This document shows, piece after piece, positions 26,845-31,133 of a stretch of 31,133 nucleotides of DNA. The notes below the pieces were generated by a model, which was given only the letters and a program-made list of their open reading frames with translations, was not told the origin of the DNA and did not search any database. The DNA comes from a virus. Lineage: Duplodnaviria; Caudoviricetes. The stretch is taken from the IMG/VR virus record IMGVR_UViG_3300038329_000027, positions 1-31,133 of that record, one strand, 5' to 3'. Each line of letters starts with the position of its first letter. Position 1 is the stretch's first letter. The position numbers and the translations under genes were made by a program.

Positions 26845-27825
26845 ATGAACAAAAATATTTTCTTGCCAAGAACAAATATATTACCATATGAATATCCGCA
26901 ACTTTTGGCTTACAAAGATGCTATTAGACATTCCTATTGGATTGACACAGAGTTTAATTTTACAGAAGACATACAAGATTTTAAAGTTACTATATGCTCA
27001 AAAGAGCGAGATGTTATTAAAAAAACAATGTTGGCTATTGCACAAATAGAAGTCAATGTAAAAACATTTTGGGCAGATATGTACAAACGAATGCCCATTA
27101 CAGAAGTGGGTGATGTAGGGATGACCTTTGCTGAATCAGAAGTAAGACATAAAGATGCATATGCAAGACTATTAAGAATTCTAGGATTAGAAAATGAATT
27201 TAAAAAAGTCATTGAAGTCCCCGCTATAGAAAAAAGAATTAAGTACTTAAAAAAATACTTAGATGGTACTAGAAGCAGAGACGATAAGATGTATACTAAA
27301 TCTGTATTACTGTTTTCTCTATTTATAGAACATGTTAGTTTGTTTAGCCAGTTCCTAATCATGATGTCCTTTAATAAAGAAAAGAACTTGTTTAAAGGAA
27401 TATCTAATGTAGTTGAAGCAACATCTAAAGAAGAAGAGATACACGGAAACTTTGGAATTGAAATAATTAATATTATAAAAAAAGAAAATCCTGATTGGTT
27501 TGATAAAGAATTTAGAAGTCTTATTTATAGTGCATGTAGAAAAGCTTATATTGCTGAGTGTGGTATATTAGAATGGATTTTTGAAAAAGGGGAGCTTGAC
27601 TTTTTACCTATAGAAACTATTAAAAACTTTATTAAAAACAGATTTAATAATTCTCTTAAGAGCATAGGAATGACGGAAATATTTGAAATTGATTCAAAAC
27701 TATTAAAGTCTACCGAATGGTTTGATATAGAAATTACAGGTACCAAAGAAGGAGACTTCTTTTATAAAAAGAGTGTTGACTACAACAAAAAAAGTAAAAG
27801 CATCACAGAAGATGATTTATTTTAA
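26845..27825 (+). CDS. nrdB: ribonucleotide reductase beta subunit, class Id-like
   Basis: AIAQIEVNVK, ESEVRHKDAY, FIEHVSLFSQF, KEEEIHG, GDFF...VDY; ATG 26845 preferred over TTG 26782. Confidence 0.95.
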   Translation: MNKNIFLPRTNILPYEYPQLLAYKDAIRHSYWIDTEFNFTEDIQDFKVTICSKERDVIKKTMLAIAQIEVNVKTFWADMYKRMPITEVGDVGMTFAESEVRHKDAYARLLRILGLENEFKKVIEVPAIEKRIKYLKKYLDGTRSRDDKMYTKSVLLFSLFIEHVSLFSQFLIMMSFNKEKNLFKGISNVVEATSKEEEIHGNFGIEIINIIKKENPDWFDKEFRSLIYSACRKAYIAECGILEWIFEKGELDFLPIETIKNFIKNRFNNSLKSIGMTEIFEIDSKLLKSTEWFDIEITGTKEGDFFYKKSVDYNKKSKSITEDDLF

Positions 27826-27837
27826 AAATAACTAATT

Positions 27838-29463
27838 ATGGAATACAATAACTATTACTGGCTAAATGATGAAAGCCGTACATTTTTATCAAGGGGTTAT
27901 ATTACAGAAACCCCGGAACAAAGAATCAAAGATATAGCTGTTAAAGCAGAGAAGTATTTAAATATAAAAGGATTTGCAGAAAAGTTTGAACAATACATGG
28001 CCAAAGGGTACTACTCTTTATCAACACCTGTATGGATAAACTTTGGTAAAGCAAAAGGTTTACCCATCAGTTGTTATGGATCTAATGTAGATGACAACTT
28101 AGACAGTATATTAAACGCTGGTCGTGAAATTGGAATGATGAGTAAATATGGGGGAGGTACAAGCGCTTTTATTGGCAATATTAGAGCAAGGGGAGCAGAG
28201 ATATCTACAGGTGGTTTTGCTGATGGTCCAGTACATTATGCTAAGATTTATGATACAGTAGTAGATGTATGTAAGCAATCTGAGGCTAGACGTGGTGCTT
28301 GTGCAGTATACCTACCAGTTGAGCATGCGGATGTCTTAGAGTTCTTAGATATTGGCACAGAGGGCAACCCTATACAAAACTTACAGTATGGTGTTACAGT
28401 TACTGATAAGTGGATGCAAGAAATGAAAGAGGGAGATAAAGCTAAACGTAAGATATGGGCTAAAATTATTCAAAATAGAAGTGAGTTTGGATTTCCTTAT
28501 ATTATGTTTAAGGACAACTCCAATAATAACTCTCCTTACAAAGAGCTTGGAATGGATATTACAGCTTCAAATTTATGTTCTGAAATTCAACTTCCTACAG
28601 ACAGCTATAACTCTTTTGTTTGTTGTCTTGGGTCTATTAATCTATTACACTGGGATCAGATAAAAGAAACTGACGCAATTGAAATATATGTATATTTCTT
28701 AAATGCAGTAATGGATGAATTTATTATTAAATCTGAGACTATGCCTGGTATGAAGAGAGCTTATAACTTTGCCGAAAAGCATAGAGCAATTGGGCTTGGT
28801 GTACTGGGTTATCATTCTTTGTTTCAATCTAAGCTTCTTGAGTTTGACTCATTACAAGCTAAAAGATTAAACAGTGAGATCTTTAGAACACTTAAGGATA
28901 GAAGTGAGATTGCTTCTAGAGAGTTGCATCATGGTCATGGGTATACGTCTCTTAGAACAGGATATGCTAATACCACTCTTATGGCCATTGCACCCACAAA
29001 GTCTAGTTCATTTATACATGGTGCTGTGTCTATGGGTATAGAGCCCATTAAGTCTAATTACTTTATTAAAGATCTTGCTAAGTCTAAGACTGTATATAGA
29101 AACCCGTTCTTAGAATGTGAATTGGATAAGTATGGATTAAATACAGATAAGACTTGGAAGTCTATATTAAATAAAGATGGATCTGTACAACATCTAGATT
29201 TTCCTACTAAAGAAGTCTTTAAGTCTTTTGTTGAAATATCTCCCAAAGAGATTGTATTACAAGCAGCACAAAGACAAAAGTATATTGACCAGTCGCAGTC
29301 ATTAAACTTAATGATTGACCCATCTGTATCAGCTAAAGATATAAATAAGTTATATATGTATGCTTGGGAAGAAGGGGTTAAGACGTTATACTATCAATTT
29401 AGTAAAAGCTCAGCTCAAGACTTTGCAAGAAATATACTAGAATGTTCTAGTTGTGAAGGATAA
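27838..29463 (+). CDS. nrdA: ribonucleotide reductase alpha subunit, no ATP cone
   Basis: LPISC, RRGA, SNLCSEI, VCCLGS, APTKSSS, DQSQSLN, KTLYY, C-terminal CSSCEG. Confidence 0.97.
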   Translation: MEYNNYYWLNDESRTFLSRGYITETPEQRIKDIAVKAEKYLNIKGFAEKFEQYMAKGYYSLSTPVWINFGKAKGLPISCYGSNVDDNLDSILNAGREIGMMSKYGGGTSAFIGNIRARGAEISTGGFADGPVHYAKIYDTVVDVCKQSEARRGACAVYLPVEHADVLEFLDIGTEGNPIQNLQYGVTVTDKWMQEMKEGDKAKRKIWAKIIQNRSEFGFPYIMFKDNSNNNSPYKELGMDITASNLCSEIQLPTDSYNSFVCCLGSINLLHWDQIKETDAIEIYVYFLNAVMDEFIIKSETMPGMKRAYNFAEKHRAIGLGVLGYHSLFQSKLLEFDSLQAKRLNSEIFRTLKDRSEIASRELHHGHGYTSLRTGYANTTLMAIAPTKSSSFIHGAVSMGIEPIKSNYFIKDLAKSKTVYRNPFLECELDKYGLNTDKTWKSILNKDGSVQHLDFPTKEVFKSFVEISPKEIVLQAAQRQKYIDQSQSLNLMIDPSVSAKDINKLYMYAWEEGVKTLYYQFSKSSAQDFARNILECSSCEG

Positions 29464-29495
29464 AAAAAACCCCGGCAATTACACCGGGGGTTTTT
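29462..29495. terminator. bidirectional Rho-independent terminator
   Basis: A8-CCCCGG-CAATTACA-CCGGGGG-T5 between convergent genes. Confidence 0.9.
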
Positions 29496-29496
29496 A

Positions 29497-31133
29497 TTAT
29501 TTAATAAAGAAGTCTTGATCTTTAATTGCGTTTTCCCACTTCTGTAGTGTCCGCCAAATGGGCACAACATCTTTCCATGCTTTGGCCACTTTATATTGTC
29601 CTTTTCTAGGTCTATTTTGATAAACATATGTAGAATCATTCATAAAGTCTTCTTCAGTTTGCCATATCATTGCCAAAGGTGTCCATAATGATAAATTTAC
29701 TGCTTCACCTATATCTCCTAACATTTTTGCTGAAGCAATAGGACTACTTGCCATCTGATAGATTTGCTCCCAAGACGTGGGAGTAATAGGCATAAATAAA
29801 ACTAATTCCTTATATAATCTATCACTTTGATATGTGGTTAAATTCTTGAGTCTTTTAAGAGTATCACTATCATCATCATCACCAGAAAGAATTCCTTGTA
29901 GTATTGTATTAATTAACGATACAGATAGTATAATTCCTATTTCACCCATAGTTCTATAAAAACCATACAATTTATTTTCAGCTTTTTGGTCATTTAACCT
30001 ACCAAGACCATCAGCACCATTAGATTTTAAGAAATCTTTTTTCATTTGTGCATAATCTTTCTTACCTCTAAAAATTTCCTTTTTTACAAACAAAGCAAAT
30101 TGTATAGCAGACAAGTATCTGCCTTCCATCCAACCCAGGTTTTCATCAAAATATTGATGTTGAAACCTTGCTCTAACAGCAGGTGCTACCCATTTATGAA
30201 ATTGAGCGGCTAAATTACCAAGAACGTGAGATTGAATAACCATTCTATCCTCTCTAGCATAGTTACCATGGATTTGCTTATTGACTTCTCTAATTTTGTT
30301 TCTAGTCTCATACCTAAAGTCATCATTGTATTCTTGTGTAGTCCCATCTTTATTTAAAACGCGGTTATAACCATCCATCAAAGTAAGACCATGTGTTTTA
30401 GAATCATAATTAAATGCGTCATATAAAGACATGGTGTCATTATTGCTGTTTATTAAAACAATATCCATAACTATAGCCATGCCCACTTTAGTCTGTACAT
30501 TATACTCAGCTGCATCTTGCATTACATATCCCCAAGATTTAAATCTTTCCCAAATACTTTTGCTGTCTTCAGTTCTTCCTGATTCACGAATGTCTGTTGA
30601 AACGTCCATCATTCTAAGTAGATCAACAATAGCTTCATATTTATTATTAGGCAGGTCTGGATTATAATCATTTTTACCAATACCCGCTTTACCTAATGTT
30701 AATACATCTGCTGCATCACGTGCTCCTATAGCAGTTCTATGCAATATTCCTGATACAGCTTGTTTATTCCATTCTTCACTTGCTCTAAAATAATTCTTTT
30801 TGCTATAGAACCTAGACCCTAACATTTCAATATTATTATTGATCCTACCTACTAGGTAGTTGTTAAAGTTACCGAAAGGATTAAAACCAACATAAGCTAA
30901 AGAAGATACAGATATTAAACCATCTGCAAATTTTTCAGCTACTCCTTTTGTTACTAACTCATTATCATAATAAACCATAGACATAAACTTTCTTAGTCTT
31001 CTTATAGTATTATCAGGAGCACCAGTATCTTTTTTAAATCCTATTGATTCAGCGGCTTTATTAGCAATTTGATTAGCAGATCTCCCAAAGAAACGAGTTG
31101 TGCTTTCTTGAGGTTCGTATTCTCTATTTTCTA
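29497..31133 (-). CDS. C-terminal part of a large virion (cargo/ejection-type) protein, 5'-truncated
   Basis: The frame stays open from 30984 to the window edge; helical protein with QIHGNY, QFHKWV.P...RF, EGRY and a hydrophobic segment (IGIILSVSLINTIL). The resemblance to crAss-like giant virion proteins is recalled, not searched. Confidence 0.6.
   Translation of the reverse strand, partial: ENREYEPQESTTRFFGRSANQIANKAAESIGFKKDTGAPDNTIRRLRKFMSMVYYDNELVTKGVAEKFADGLISVSSLAYVGFNPFGNFNNYLVGRINNNIEMLGSRFYSKKNYFRASEEWNKQAVSGILHRTAIGARDAADVLTLGKAGIGKNDYNPDLPNNKYEAIVDLLRMMDVSTDIRESGRTEDSKSIWERFKSWGYVMQDAAEYNVQTKVGMAIVMDIVLINSNNDTMSLYDAFNYDSKTHGLTLMDGYNRVLNKDGTTQEYNDDFRYETRNKIREVNKQIHGNYAREDRMVIQSHVLGNLAAQFHKWVAPAVRARFQHQYFDENLGWMEGRYLSAIQFALFVKKEIFRGKKDYAQMKKDFLKSNGADGLGRLNDQKAENKLYGFYRTMGEIGIILSVSLINTILQGILSGDDDDSDTLKRLKNLTTYQSDRLYKELVLFMPITPTSWEQIYQMASSPIASAKMLGDIGEAVNLSLWTPLAMIWQTEEDFMNDSTYVYQNRPRKGQYKVAKAWKDVVPIWRTLQKWENAIKDQDFFIK

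Overview
AT-rich fragment of a large tailed dsDNA phage genome read in the standard genetic code. The host is almost certainly a Bacteroidetes/Flavobacteriia bacterium (Flavobacterium-type TTG-N20-TAnnTTTG promoters, Flavobacteria-like GroEL and RNR), and the gene content resembles crAss-like or related aquatic flavobacterial phages. From 1 to 21.5 kb is a tightly packed + strand replication/metabolism block: NinB-like protein, uracil-DNA glycosylase, stand-alone DnaA domain-IV protein, DnaB helicase, Sak4-like ATPase, SSB, atypical primase, RusA-like resolvase, a vWA/metallopeptidase + MoxR AAA+ module, PD-(D/E)XK exonuclease, family B DNA polymerase, PhoH, DUF932, GroEL and DUF1599/Nmad1. 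From 21.5 to 26.5 kb and from 29.5 kb to the end is a - strand late/virion block (two paralogous fibre-like proteins, holin-like and other membrane proteins, small GG-motif proteins, the C-terminus of a large virion protein), interrupted by a + strand class Id-type nrdB-nrdA cassette. The most promising unexplained system is the 7.6-13.2 kb vWA-MoxR locus. It is flanked by three uncharacterised proteins sharing a helical motif (LNGSKED-type), two of which also share a BRCT-like N-terminal motif, plus a translationally coupled zinc-ribbon micro-protein. All family assignments come from motif recognition by eye; no searches were run.
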